Shown here piece by piece: positions 1 to 14,733 of a DNA stretch of 64,000 bases; the first letter of the stretch is position 1; every line of letters begins with the position of its first letter. The position numbers and the translations under genes were made by a program. The DNA comes from the human T2T-CHM13v2.0 reference genome, Homo sapiens. Under the pieces are notes generated by a model. The model ran no database searches and had not been told where the DNA came from. It saw only the letters and a list, made by a program, of their open reading frames with translations. The stretch lies in assembly GCF_009914755.1 (NCBI RefSeq), contig NC_060928.1; one strand, 5' to 3'.

Positions 1-196
1 TGTTTCCCACACTCAGCCTCCCTAGTAGCTGAGATTACAGGCACGTGCCACCATGCGTGGCTAATTTTTGTATTTTTAGTAGAGACAGGGTTTCACTAGG
101 TTACCCAGGCAGGTATTGAATTCCTGACCTCAAGTGATCTACCTATCTTGGCCTCCCAAAGTGCTGGGGTTACAGGCATGGGCCACCACAACTGGC
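1..196 (-). mobile_element. Alu (partial, cut by window edge)
   Basis: Alu antisense motifs (ctaatttttgtatttttagtagagac, gcctcccaaagtgctggg). Confidence 0.9.
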
Positions 197-719
197 TCAC
201 ATTTTCTTTATCCAATCCACAACTGATGGGCACTTTTAAGGATGATGTTAGCTATGGATTTTTCATAGATGCTGTAATTAATCTTTTAAAGAATTTATCA
301 TTGTTACAATCTTCTCTTAAACAGTTTCATTACTTAATACACAACAGCATAATAAAATCTGATTAAATTGAGGTCAACATTAAACAAAGAATAGGGTCAC
401 ATTTTGTCTCATCTGTAACTACTGGCCACCTTTTTTGTGTGCTTGCCCTGTCCATAACCTCCACTAAGGGAAACTGACCTACTAATGGGCCCTGTTGTTT
501 CAGAAGCCATATTCGGTATGTGGTGATATCTTCCCTCTTTCGCTACCCTCCAACCACATTTATTGGACTGGATTATCCATCTGTCTCAGAAACAGCTCAT
601 CTTTAGGTGAGACAGTAATCTTTACCCTCTAAGGCCAGATTCAAAAAAATTAATTTGACCAAATGAATTTTTCTCATGAATTGGACCTAAGGAACAAAAC
701 TGAATTTGTCTGTTACTGG

Positions 720-1055
720 TGGATGGTGTAGCTGAAATCTATGAGACAGAACCCAGACTTGGGAGGCCATAATGGACCATGGGTAATATAATTATGGGGA
801 AATAGAAATCATAAGTAGACAGAAGTTTATTAGCACAGAATAGTAGACACACAGAATTCAGCTGAGTGACACTAACAGCAGAGTTTGGGAGGAAAGATTC
901 TTGAACTCCTGCATCTAAGATTTCTAGAATAAGTTTGAATCTAAAACCAATATCCAGCCTCAATTCTTGAACTTCCATGAATTCCTAGTCTGCTTATTCA
1001 TCCACATGAGCTAACTTGAAAGGGTCTCTGTTGCTTGTAAACAACAGAGTTGTTG
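720..1055 (+). mobile_element. Old MaLR (MLT1-like) LTR fragment
   Basis: 3' end gagctaacttgaaagggtctctgttgcttgtaaacaacagagt resembles MLT1 LTR termini but is heavily diverged. Confidence 0.35.
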
Positions 1056-1314
1056 AAACAGAGTAAATGAAATAACTAAAAATACTCAGCATAAACTTGT
1101 CACATTTGACAATAATATTTTTCTCAAGGATACTGACTTTTAAAAGAATGACATGGGAAAAGAGAATGAAAATTATTTTGGGGTTAGTAAAGGATAAAAT
1201 TCATGAAGACAATTAAGAAGGAAAATAGGAGAACCTTAGGATCCTTACCTTTAATAAACCTATGGTGTTAGAAATGCAATTAGCATTCACTAACAGATTC
1301 CTATTTAGGAGACA

Positions 1315-1572
1315 GGACTACAGGCACCACCACCACCACACCCACCTAATTTTTGTATTTTTAGTACAGACAGGGTTTTACCATGTTGGCCAGAATGGTC
1401 TTGATCTCTTGACATCATGGCCTGCCTGCCTTGGCCTCCCAAAGTGCTGGGATTACAGGCATGAGCCACTGCGCGGCCACCATATAATTTCTATACTAAA
1501 GTTCACCTGTTCAAGAACTGCTTGAACCTGGGAGGCGGAGGTTGCAGTGAGCAGAGATCGCGCCACTGCACT
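1315..1572. mobile_element. Composite tail-less Alu fragment copied from the Alu at 2651-2952 (inverted piece + direct piece)
   Basis: 1315-1510 is the reverse complement of 2619-2810, including the unique flank. 1514-1572 is a direct copy of 2837-2895. Confidence 0.85.
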
Positions 1573-1710
1573 TACTACCTTATTTGGTAAGGGGGTAATA
1601 ACAAAATTGTTAAAATGGCAATGTGGTGCTTAATAAATTCTTCAAAAAGAAGACCGTTGGGCAGAAACCTTGTTAATGGCAAACAATGCCTAAGGATTTA
1701 AAATGGTATC

Positions 1711-2009
1711 AGCTGGGCGTGGTGGCTCACACCTGTAATCCCAGCATGTTGGGAGGCTGAGATGGGCAGATTACAAGGTCAAGAGGTGGAGACCATCCTG
1801 GCCAACATGGTGAAACCCTGTCTCTACTGAAAATACAAAAATTAGCTGGGTGTCGTGGCATGCGCCAATAGTCCCAGCTACTTGGGAGTCTGAGACAGGA
1901 GAATCCTTGAATCTGGGAGGTGGAGTTTGCAATGACCCGAGATTGCACCACTGCACTCCAGCCTGGGCGACAGAGGGAGACTCCATCTCCAAAAAAAAAA
2001 AAAAAAAAA
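1711..2009 (+). mobile_element. AluS (Sc-like)
   Basis: Full dimer with A tail. TSD-like aaaatggtatc / aaaaaggtatc. Confidence 0.9.
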
Positions 2010-2650
2010 GGTATCCTGGCAATACCAATTATAGATTAAGTGACAAGAGGCTGTGTCTTGGTAGCAGGCACATAATTTTCAATGAAGAATAAAGTAACTG
2101 TGAAGATGAGGTAAATAAAATGATTGAGGTTAATCAGAGTTGGGCTTTAAACAATAATGACTGCTATTTAGTCTTTGTGAACAACTGAGGCATAGGTAGC
2201 CCACAGTTTTTCCCAGCTGAATTTGATTAAAGCTTCTCAGCTGCCAAATAAAGTTTTACTAATGGAAGATACACAGAGCTAAAGATGGGAAGAATTGGTT
2301 GAGAATGGGAAAATTTTTGACATGTTAGAGGAGGATATGAAGAGGTAAATATGATACCTTGGCATTTAACTGGGAAACAGATAAGGCCTAGCTCCATGGG
2401 TAGAGTCAGAATTATGGTGATTGAGGTGTGGGGCTTTTGTCCTATTTATTGGCCTAGTAATAGGTATAGCAAGTATACCAAAATGGGCTGCTGCTTTTGT
2501 TATTTTGGATGATGATTTTCAGGTACAGTGTTAATTTCCAGGCTTACTCATGCTAATGTTTACGGAGAGTCAAACATAGGATTACATCTAGAAGTAAACT
2601 AAATAAGAAAATTATCAGACAGGTGAACTTTAGTATAGAAATTATATCGT

Positions 2651-2976
<326 letters not shown>

Positions 2977-4189
2977 TTAACCAATATTTTTAGAGTGTGG
3001 AATCAAAAATTTAATTAACCGACAATTTAAATGTAGTGGAGTATGACAGCATGGAAGTTTTGCAAGTTATTTTGGGGTAGTTTGAGATATCTTAAAAACA
3101 TTTGATTTGTTTAACATGGAGAAATTTTGTTTACAAGTGGCTCTTGGGTATGCTACAAGTGAAAATTTGATTAAACTAATGGAATTATGTTGTTTTTATG
3201 GCTAATTATCATTAACTGGTAGGTTTGCTATAAAAGGTTCTTTTAAAAAGGTATTTTGTGTATTTATTGAAAACAATATTGGCATATTCTATTGAAATAT
3301 TTCAAGTGGATATGAAGAATTTTTATCTAACCTGAAATAAATTAAAATTTACTTACTATTTTGTATGACAATGGTTGCTGAAGTGAGGATGCAGATAAAT
3401 CCTATTAGCAGAGATTGAGCAGGAATATTCTATTCTTGGTTAAGTTTGATACGATGAGAATGAGGAGAGAGGAGAATTATAGTGAATGTTACTCTATATG
3501 AAATTGGTGACCTGTTAAGCTCCAGTGAGAAGCTAGTAAGCTGGTAAGGTTACCTAGATGAGAGAATAGACTGGATTGACCAATTAGATATATAATAGGC
3601 ATGGGGGTCTCCAATGGATAATTGGGTTGGATTTGGGGAGAGGGGTCAGAAGAAGAGTTAAAGGAGGTTTGAAATTGATGACGCTGGAAGCTGTAAAAGT
3701 ATGACAAAGGACTCACATTTATTTTGCTTTGTTGATGTTTCCAGACTATAACTCTTTGACATGATACATAAAATCATCCTAGCCTTTTCAAACATCTTGC
3801 ATTCTCCAATATCCCTCAGTGAAAAATGAAGCATCTGGGTAGGAGCAACTGTGTTACATAGGAGGTGCCCTGGAGCTGCTAAACCCCAAGTGTCTTTGTG
3901 CAAAGCAATCATTCTGAATACTAGCACCTGTTTAGCTGTCCAAAAGCTTTCTGCAAACATTTGCAATAATGGGTTAAGACATGAACAAAATGCAAGTAAA
4001 CCCTAATAGCTCTAAAACCACACTCTTTAGCAGCATTAACAGAAACAAATACTCTTATTTTGAAAGAATTAGTTGGTTGAAACAAACCCATTTAAAGAAA
4101 AAAAGCAATTTAGTTACATTCTATCAACATTTATGAGAGCCTATTATGTGAAAATAATCACTGTGGTAACAGCTACTTCCTTTTTCTAA

Positions 4190-5000
4190 AACCTCCCCAT
4201 CAGATCAGCCACAAGTCCTATAAATTCTACCTCTTCATCCTAGCCTTTACTTAATCCCTTACTTGCACTCAGTCCTAATATCATTACTGACCTGGCTTCC
4301 TTACCCTTCTGCAATCTGTCTTCTACTCTACCACCACAGCCATCTTCCTCAGACACCAATTAGATTCTGTTGCCTGCCTGCCATGATTCTTCGGTGGTGT
4401 CCTACAGCTTTCAAACTAATTTCAAATTCCTCTCCATGGCACGAAGCCCTTTCTATTTTTTTTTTTTTAAATAGTGTCAAAGTCTCATTCTGTTGCCCAG
4501 GCTGGTCTAGAAATCCTGTCCTCAAACAGTTCTCTTGCCTTGGCCTCCCAAAGTGCTGGAATCTTTCCTATTCTTATCTTAGTTTCTTCAGCCTCATTTA
4601 TCACCACATGGTCTCATGTACCTTATATTCACATATATTCACACATTTTGCAGTTCTGCAAAATGACCATACATCTCCCCCTTCCTCCATCTATCCCTTT
4701 TAGATTCACTTCATCTGGAAAGCTCCCACCTCTTCCTTCCTCTCCCTTTCCCACCTTATCCTTCAATTCCTTTACCTTTCTTTCCCTAGTTTGAGTTAAT
4801 CACATCTTTGCTAGGCAACCATAGCGCCTGATTATACCTCTATCATAATGACTTCCCTATTGATTTGTAGTTGGTTTAACTGTTTGTATCCATCATTGGA
4901 CTAGAAGTTACTTAATGTTAAGAGCTATTTTTTCTTTTCTATTTCCTTAGTAGTTAGCCTGCCTCATAGCATGGACTCAATAAGTAGTCATAAATACAGT
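4190..5000 (+). mobile_element. L2 remnants interrupted by a FLAM monomer (~4455-4562, minus)
   Basis: L2-type pyrimidine-rich segments (aaattcctctccatggcacgaagccct; gcctcatagcatggactcaataag). Monomeric Alu-like insert. Confidence 0.55.
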
Positions 5001-5314
5001 CAAATCTACCTCCTAAATTTCACTTACATGGGTCTCTTCTTCATCCCTGCTACCTTGTATTAACTCAGGTTTTCATGAATCATCTAGATTCCTAAAACAA
5101 CCTCTGTCACCAATATTTTTGGTGGATATTTGTTCTTTATATTGCTAGCACTGATATATTCACATACGTGTGTGTGTGTATACAAGTGTATATATGTATA
5201 TAAATATAGAATGGAACTGATAATTTCATTGAGTGACTTAAAAATCATTCTGTGTAGTCTCATTATATAAAGAATAAAGTCCAGCTCTAGCAAAGCATCC
5301 AAGGGCTTTCAGAT

Positions 5315-6305
<991 letters not shown>

Positions 6306-6326
6306 TTTTAGAAATTCTCATTGAGA

Positions 6327-6633
<307 letters not shown>

Positions 6634-6751
6634 TCATTGAGAGATTCTTTTTCTTAAAAATACATTTCATTGTGTATACAGAAGGTATATAACATATTAT
6701 GGAATATATTGATAGATAGACAGTAAAAAGCTTACTATAGTGAAGCAATAA

Positions 6752-6881
6752 TCCATTTATGCCTGAGGTTGCAATTTTTTGAATTTTTGTAATCAGACCT
6801 TGGTGATGACCTTGAGCAGTAGGATATAAATAACTCCCACATGCTTAGCATTCCAATAATGGAACACTAGGCATAAATGGG
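6752..6881 (-). mobile_element. MER85 piggyBac-derived MITE
   Basis: Terminal inverted repeats (t/c)CCATTTATGCCT...AGGCATAAATGGG. TTAA target at 6882-6885 (left copy ATAA). Internal palindrome at 6850-6865. Matches the recalled MER85 consensus. Confidence 0.88.
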
Positions 6882-7605
6882 TTAATGTATCTATTATTTC
6901 ACATAGTTACTTTTTTTTGTTTCTAAACAAAAAACCTCATTTAGCATGAATTCCAAATACAGTATAATTTTATTACCTATAATTCTCATGTCTACATTAG
7001 ATCTCTAGATGTATTCATCCTTCAAAGACATGATACAAAGCAGATATATGTTGTATCCTCTGAACTACATCTCCCCATTTCCTCCACCAGACCCTCCCTG
7101 ATAACCACTGTTTTGTTCTCTATCTCTGTATAGTTGTTGTTTTGTTTTGTTTTTACAGATTCCAGATATAAGTGAGATCACGCAATTTATTTTTTCTGTG
7201 TCTGGCTTATTTCCCTTAGCATAAGTCCAGTCTCATCCACGTTTTAACAAATAGCAAGATCTTTTTATTTCTTAGGGCTGAATAATTGTCCTTTGTATTT
7301 GTGTACCACAGTGTCTTTATTCATTCGACCAGGGACAGGCATTTAGGTTGTTTCCATATCTTGGCTATTGTGGATAATGCTGCAATGAACATGGGAGTGC
7401 AGATGTCTTTACAGGGTGATAATTTCATTTCCTTTGTGTATGCACCCAGAAGAAGGATTGCTGGGCCATACAGTAGTTCTATTTTTAATTTCTTTAGAAA
7501 CCTCCATGCTGTTTTCCATAGCAGCTGTACCAAATCTGCATTTCCACTAACAGCACACAAGAGTTCTCTTTTCTCCACATCCTAGCCAACAGTTGTTATT
7601 TTTGA

Positions 7606-7904
<299 letters not shown>

Positions 7905-10900
7905 ATCCTTTTTTATAATAGCCATCCTAAGGGGTGTGAGGTGATATCTCATAATGGTTTTGATTTAAATTTCTCTGATGATTAATGATGTTGAGCACCT
8001 TTCAATATACCTGCTGATCATTGTTATATCTTCTTTGGAGAAAGACACAGGTCTTTTGCTCATTTTTAAATTGAGTTATTTGCTTTTCCACTATTGAGTT
8101 GTATAGGTTCTTTATAAATGTTGAATATTAACCCCTTACCAGGTATATGTTTGCAAATATTTTTTCCCAAACCATAGGCTTCTATTTCTTTTTCCTGATT
8201 ATTTCCTTTGCTGTGCAGAAACTTTTTAGTTTGATTTAGTCCCATTTATTTAGTATTGCTTTTGTTGCCTGAGCTTTTGGTGTGATATCCAAAAAATTAT
8301 TGCCAAGGACAATGTCCAGGAGCTTTTTCTCTATGTTCTCATGTAGGAGTTTTATAGTTTCTAGTCTTTTATTTAGGTTTTTATCCATTTTTAGTTGATT
8401 TTTGTGTATGGTGTAAGATAAGGGTCCAAATCCATTCTTCTGCCTATAGAAATCCAGTTTTCCTAGCATCATCTACTGAAGAGACTAGCCTCTCTCCATT
8501 GTGTTCTCTTGGTGTCCTTGTCAAAAGTTATGTGACTGTATATGCTTGGATGTATTTCTGGTCTCTCTAATCTGACTCATTCGTCTATGTGTCTGTTTCT
8601 ATGCCAGTATATACTGTTTTGATTATTATAGCATTGTAATATAATTTGATAACAGAAAGTATAATGCCTCCAACTTTGTTTTTGCCTCTCACAATTGTTA
8701 TGGCTATTTGGGGTCTTTTATGGCTCCATATGAATTTTAGGGTTTTGTTTTCTATTTCTGTGAGGAATGCCATTGGGATTTTGATAGGGATTGCTCACTG
8801 AGAGATTATGTGTGACCGCATTGACACACTTAAATATTTTTAAGTATTTTAAGTATTTTAAGACGACTTATTTTCTAATTGCCTCAATATTGCTGATTGG
8901 CAATTTGTGATATTTGAGCCTTGAGCATAATGGGAACCTGTGCATAATAGGAAAATTAATTTTATTTAATTTCTACCCTAGAATTTTGCTATTTGTCACT
9001 TTATTTAATTTAAAAAAATTTTATGGGTACATAGTAGGTATATATATTTATGGGGTACATGGGATATTTTGATACAGGCCTACAATGCATAATAATCACA
9101 TCAGGGTAAATGGGGTATCCATCATCTCAAGCATTTATCATTTCTTTGTGTTATAAACATTCCAATTATATTCTTTTGGTTATTTTAAAATGAACAATAA
9201 ATTACTGATAACTGTAATCACCCTGTTGTGCTATCAAACACTAGATCTTATTCATTCTAGCTACATTTTTGTACTCATTACCTATCTTCACTTCCCCTCT
9301 TTCCTTATTATCCTTTCCAACATCTAGTGACCATCATTCTACTGTCCATCTCCATGAGTTCAATTGTTTTAATTTTTAGTTCCCACAAATGAATGAGAAC
9401 ATGCAAAGTTTGTCTTTCCATGCCTGGTTTATTTCATTTAACATAATGTCCTCAAGTTCCATCCATGCTGTTGTAAATGACAGGATCTCATTCTTTTTTA
9501 TGGCTAAATAGTACTACATTTTCTTTATCCATTCATCTGTTGATGGACACTTAGGTTGCTTCCAAATCTTAGTTATTGTGAATACTGCTTCAATAAACAT
9601 GATAGTACAGATATCTTTGGAATGTACTGATTTCCATTCTTTTGGGTATTTACCTAGCAGTCGGATTGCTGGATCACATGGCAGTTCTATTTTTAGTTTT
9701 TTGAGGAACCTCCATACTGTTCTCCATAGTGGCTGTACTCATTTACCTTCCCACCAACGGTGTACAAGGGTTCCTTTTTTTCTACACCCTCACCCCAGCA
9801 TGTGTTATTGCCTGTCTTTTGGATGAAAGCCATTTTAATTGGGGTGAGATGATATCTCATTGTAATTTTGATTTGCATTTTTCTGGTGATCAGTAATGTT
9901 GAGCACCTTTTCATATACCTGTTTGCCATTTGTATGTCTTATTTTGAGAAATGTCTATTCAGATCTTTTGCTCACTTTTAATCAAATTATTGGATTATTT
10001 TTTTCCTATAGAGTTGTTTGAGCTCCTCATGTATTCATTCTAGTTATTAATCCTCTGTCAGATGGGTAGTTTGCAGATATTTTCTCCTATTCTTTGAGTT
10101 GTCTCTTCACTTTGTTGATTGTATCCTTTGCTGTGCATTTTTAACTTGATGTGATCCCATGTGTCCATTTTTTGCTTTAATTGCCTGTGCTTTGGGGGTA
10201 TTACTAAAGAAAGTTTTGCCCAGACCAATGTCCTGGAGAGTTTTCCCAATATTTTCTTGTAGTATTTTTATAGTTTGAGGTATTAGATTCAAAACTTTAA
10301 TCCATTTTGATTTGATTTTTCCGTATGGCAAGAGATGGTGGTCTAGTTTCATTCTTCTGCATATGGATATCCAGTTTTCTCAGCACCATTTATGAAGGGA
10401 CTGTCCTTTCCCCAATGTGTATTCTTGATACTTTCGTGAAGAATGAATTCACTGTAGATGTATGGATTTATTTCTGTGTTCTCTATTCTGTTCTATTGGT
10501 TTATGTGTCTGTTTTTATGCCCGTCCCAGGCTGCTTTGGTTACAATAGCTCTGTAGTATAATTTGAAGTCAGGTAATATGATTTCTCCAGTTTTGTTTCT
10601 TTTCCTTGGGATGGCTTTGGCTATTCTGGATCTTTTGTAGTTCCATATAAATGTCAGGATTATTTTTTCTACATATGTAAAGAATGTCATTGGTATTTTG
10701 ATAGGCATTGCATTGAATCTGTAGATTGCTTTGGGTAGTATGGACATTTTAACAATATTGATTATTCCAATTTATGTACATGGAATATCTTTCCAATTTT
10801 CATGTCCTCCTCAATTTCTTGAATCAGTGTTTTATAGTTTCCATCACAGAGATCTTTCATTTCTTTGGTTAGTTCTTAAGTGTCTTATTTTATCTGTAGC

Positions 10901-11304
10901 TATTGTAAATCAGGTTGCTTTGTTGATTTCTTTTTCAGATTGTTCACTGTTGGCATATATAATAGAAATGCTACTGATTTTTGTATGTTGATTTTTGTAT
11001 CCTGAAACTTACTGAATTTGTTTATCAGTGCTGATAGTTTTTTGGTGGAGTCTTTAGGTTTTTCCAATTACAAGATCATGTGATCTGCAAATAAGGATCA
11101 TTTGACTTCTTTCTTTCCAATTTGGATGCCCTTTATTTCTTTGTTTTCTCTGATTGCTCTAGCTAGGACTTCCAGTACTATGCTGAATAAGAAAGGTGAA
11201 AGTGGGCATCCTTATCATGTTCTAGATAAAGAAAAGACTTTCAGTTGTTCCTAGCTGTGGGTCTGTTGTATATGAATTTTATTATATTGAAATATGTTCC
11301 TTCC

Positions 11305-11602
11305 TTTTTTTTTTTTTTTTAGACGGAGTTTTGCTCTTGTGTTGCCAAGGCTGGAGTGCAGCGGCATGATCTCGGCTCACAGCAACCTCCACCTCCTGGG
11401 TTCAAGCAATTCTCCTGCCTCAGCCTCCAAGTAGCTGGGATTACAGGCATGCACCACCACGCCCGGCTAATTTTGTATTTTTAGTAGAGACAGGGTTTCA
11501 CCATGTTGACCAGGTTGATCTCCAACTCCTGACCTCAGGTGATCCACCCACCTCAGCCTCCCAAAGTGCTGGGATTACAGGCGTGAGCCACCATGCCCGG
11601 CC
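11305..11602 (-). mobile_element. AluS nested in L1
   Basis: Full antisense dimer. TSD ttcctttt-like. Confidence 0.9.
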
Positions 11603-13617
11603 TTCCTTTTATATCCAGTTTTTTTGAGGATTTTTATCATGAAGAAATGTTGAATTTTATCAAATGCTTTTTCTACATCAATTGAAATGATTGTATGGTT
11701 TTTGTCCTTGATTCTGTTGATATAATCTATCACATGGATTGATTTGTGTATGTAGAACCATGCTTGCATCCCTAGGATAAATCCTATTTGGTCTTAATGA
11801 ATTATCTTTTTAATGTTTTGTTGAATTCGGTTTGCTAACATTTTGTTGAGTATTTTTACATCAAGGTTCATCAGATATATTGGCCTGTAGTTTTCTTTTC
11901 TGACATGTCTTTGTCTGGTTTTAGTATCAAGGTAATACTGGCCTCACAGAATGAGTTTGGAAGTACTCCCTTCTCTATTTAGTTTGACTAGAATTGGTAT
12001 TAGTTCTTCCTTAAGTGTTTAGCAAAATTCAGCAGTGTTGCCATCAAGTGTCAGGCTAATCTTTGCTGGGAGACTTTTTATTATGACTACAATCTTGTTG
12101 CTTGTTATTGGTCTATTCACGTTTTGGATTTCTTCATGGTTCAATCTTGGTAGGTTGTATTTGTCCAGGAATATAGTTGCTCAAAGCAGTCTCTAATGAT
12201 CCTTTGAATTTCTGTGGTATCAGTTGCAATGTCTCCTTTTCCATCTCTAATTTTATCTGTTTGAGTTTTCTCTCTTTTTTCTTAGTCTGGCTAAAGATTT
12301 GTTGAGTTTATCTTTTCAAAAAACCAAATTGTTGTTTGTTGATTTCAGTATTTTTAAGTTTCATTTCTATTTATCTCTGCTCTGATCTTTATTATTTCAT
12401 TTCTTCTGCTAATTTTAAGTTTGGGTTGCTCTTTTCTACTTCTTTAAGGTGCATCATTAGGTTGTTTATTTGAAGTTTTTCCACTTTTTTATGTAGGTGG
12501 TTATTGCTATAAATTTTCCTCTTAGTACTGGTTTCACTGTACCCCATAGGTTTTTTTATGTTCTGTTTCCTTTTTTATGTTTCAAGAAAAATTTTAACTT
12601 CCTTCTTAATTTCTTCATTGACCCAATATGCTTCTGGTCATTCAGGAGCATATTGTTTAATTTCCTTGTGTTTGTATAGTTTCCAATGTTCCTCTTGTTA
12701 TTGACTTCTAGTATTAGTCCATTGTGATCAGAGAAAGTACTTGATATAATTTCAATTTTACAAAATTTTAGGAGTTGTTTTGTGGCCTTATTCTCAAGGA
12801 TATGTTCTATCCTTGAGAATGATCCATGTGCTGAGTAGAAAAATATGTATTCTACAGCCACTGGATAAAATGTTCTGTAGATATCTATTAGGTCCATTTG
12901 GTCTACAGTAGGATTAAGTCCAATGTTGCTTTGTTGATTTTCTGTCTGGATGATCTGTCCAATGCTGAAAGTGGGGTGTTGAAGTCTCTGGCTATTATTG
13001 TATTGGGGTCTATCTCTCTCTTTAGCTATAATAATGTTTGCTTTATATACCTTTGTGCACTAGTGTTGGGTGTATGTATATTTACAATTGTTATATCTTC
13101 TTGCTGAATTGACCCCTTTATCATTATACAATGATTTTGTCTTTTTATAGTTTTTGTCTTGAAATCTATTTTGTCTGATATAAGTATAGCTACTCCTACT
13201 CTTTTTTGGTTTCGCATGGAATATTTTTTTCCACCCCTTTATTTTCAGTTTATGTGTGTCTTTATAGGCAAAGTGTGTTTCTTGTAGGCAACAGATTGCC
13301 AGGTCTTTTTTTTATTCATTCAGCCACTCTATTTCTTTTCATTGGATAATTTAGTTCATTTACATTCAATATTATTGATAAGTACAGACTTACTCCTGCC
13401 ATTTTGTTGTTTAATAAAGATTTGCCCAGGCAAACAAAAGCTGAGGGTTTTCATCCACATCAGACTTATCCTACAAGAAATGTTTTGTGGTCTCCTTTCC
13501 TTCCTTTCTGTCTTCCTTTTAGTGAAGGTGATTTTCTCTGGTGGTATATTTTAATTTCTTGCTTTTTATTTTTTGTGTATCTGTTGCATGTTTTTTTTTC
13601 CAACTCTTGTTTCCATC

Positions 13618-13897
13618 TTTTTTTTAACTTTTATTTTAAGTTCAGGGGTACAAGTGTAGGTTTGTTACATAGGTAAATTTGTGTCATGGGGTTTGTTGTA
13701 CAGATTATTTCATCACCCATGTATTAAGCCCATTACCCATTTTTATTTTTCCTGATCCTCTCCCTCCTTCCATCCTTCACCCTCCAAAAGGCCTCAGTGT
13801 GTATTGTTCTCCTCTATGTGTCCATGTGTTCTCATCATTTAGCTTCCACTTATAAGTCAGAAAATGCAGTATTTGGTTTTCTGTTTCTGTGTTTCTT
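13618..13897 (-). mobile_element. Short L1PA-type 3' end nested in the older L1
   Basis: ttttattttaagttcaggggtacaagtgtaggtttgttacataggtaa is the antisense of an L1PA 3'UTR. Confidence 0.8.
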
Positions 13898-14315
13898 TTA
13901 TGTTTTTTGATTTGGGATTACTACAAGGCTTGCAATGCAAATACTATCTTAGAACCCATTATTTTAACCTGATGAGAGCTTAATACTGATTGCAAAAACA
14001 AACTAATAAACAAGCTAAGAGAAAAAGAATAAAAACTCTACACTTTAACTTCCTTCCCCCCTTTGCTTTTTAACTTCTTCTATTTATATCTTATTGTACT
14101 CTATATCTTGAAGGGATGTTGTAGCTATTTTTGATCAACTCATCTTTCAGTCTTTCTATTCAAGATATGTGTAGTTTACATACCACAGTTCAGTGTTATA
14201 ATATTCTGTTTGCTGTGTACTTATATTACCAGTGAGTTTTGCACCTTCACATGATTTATTGTTGTTAACATCCTTTTCTCTCCTACTGAAGAACTCCCTT
14301 TAACATTTCTTGTAG

Positions 14316-14733
<418 letters not shown>

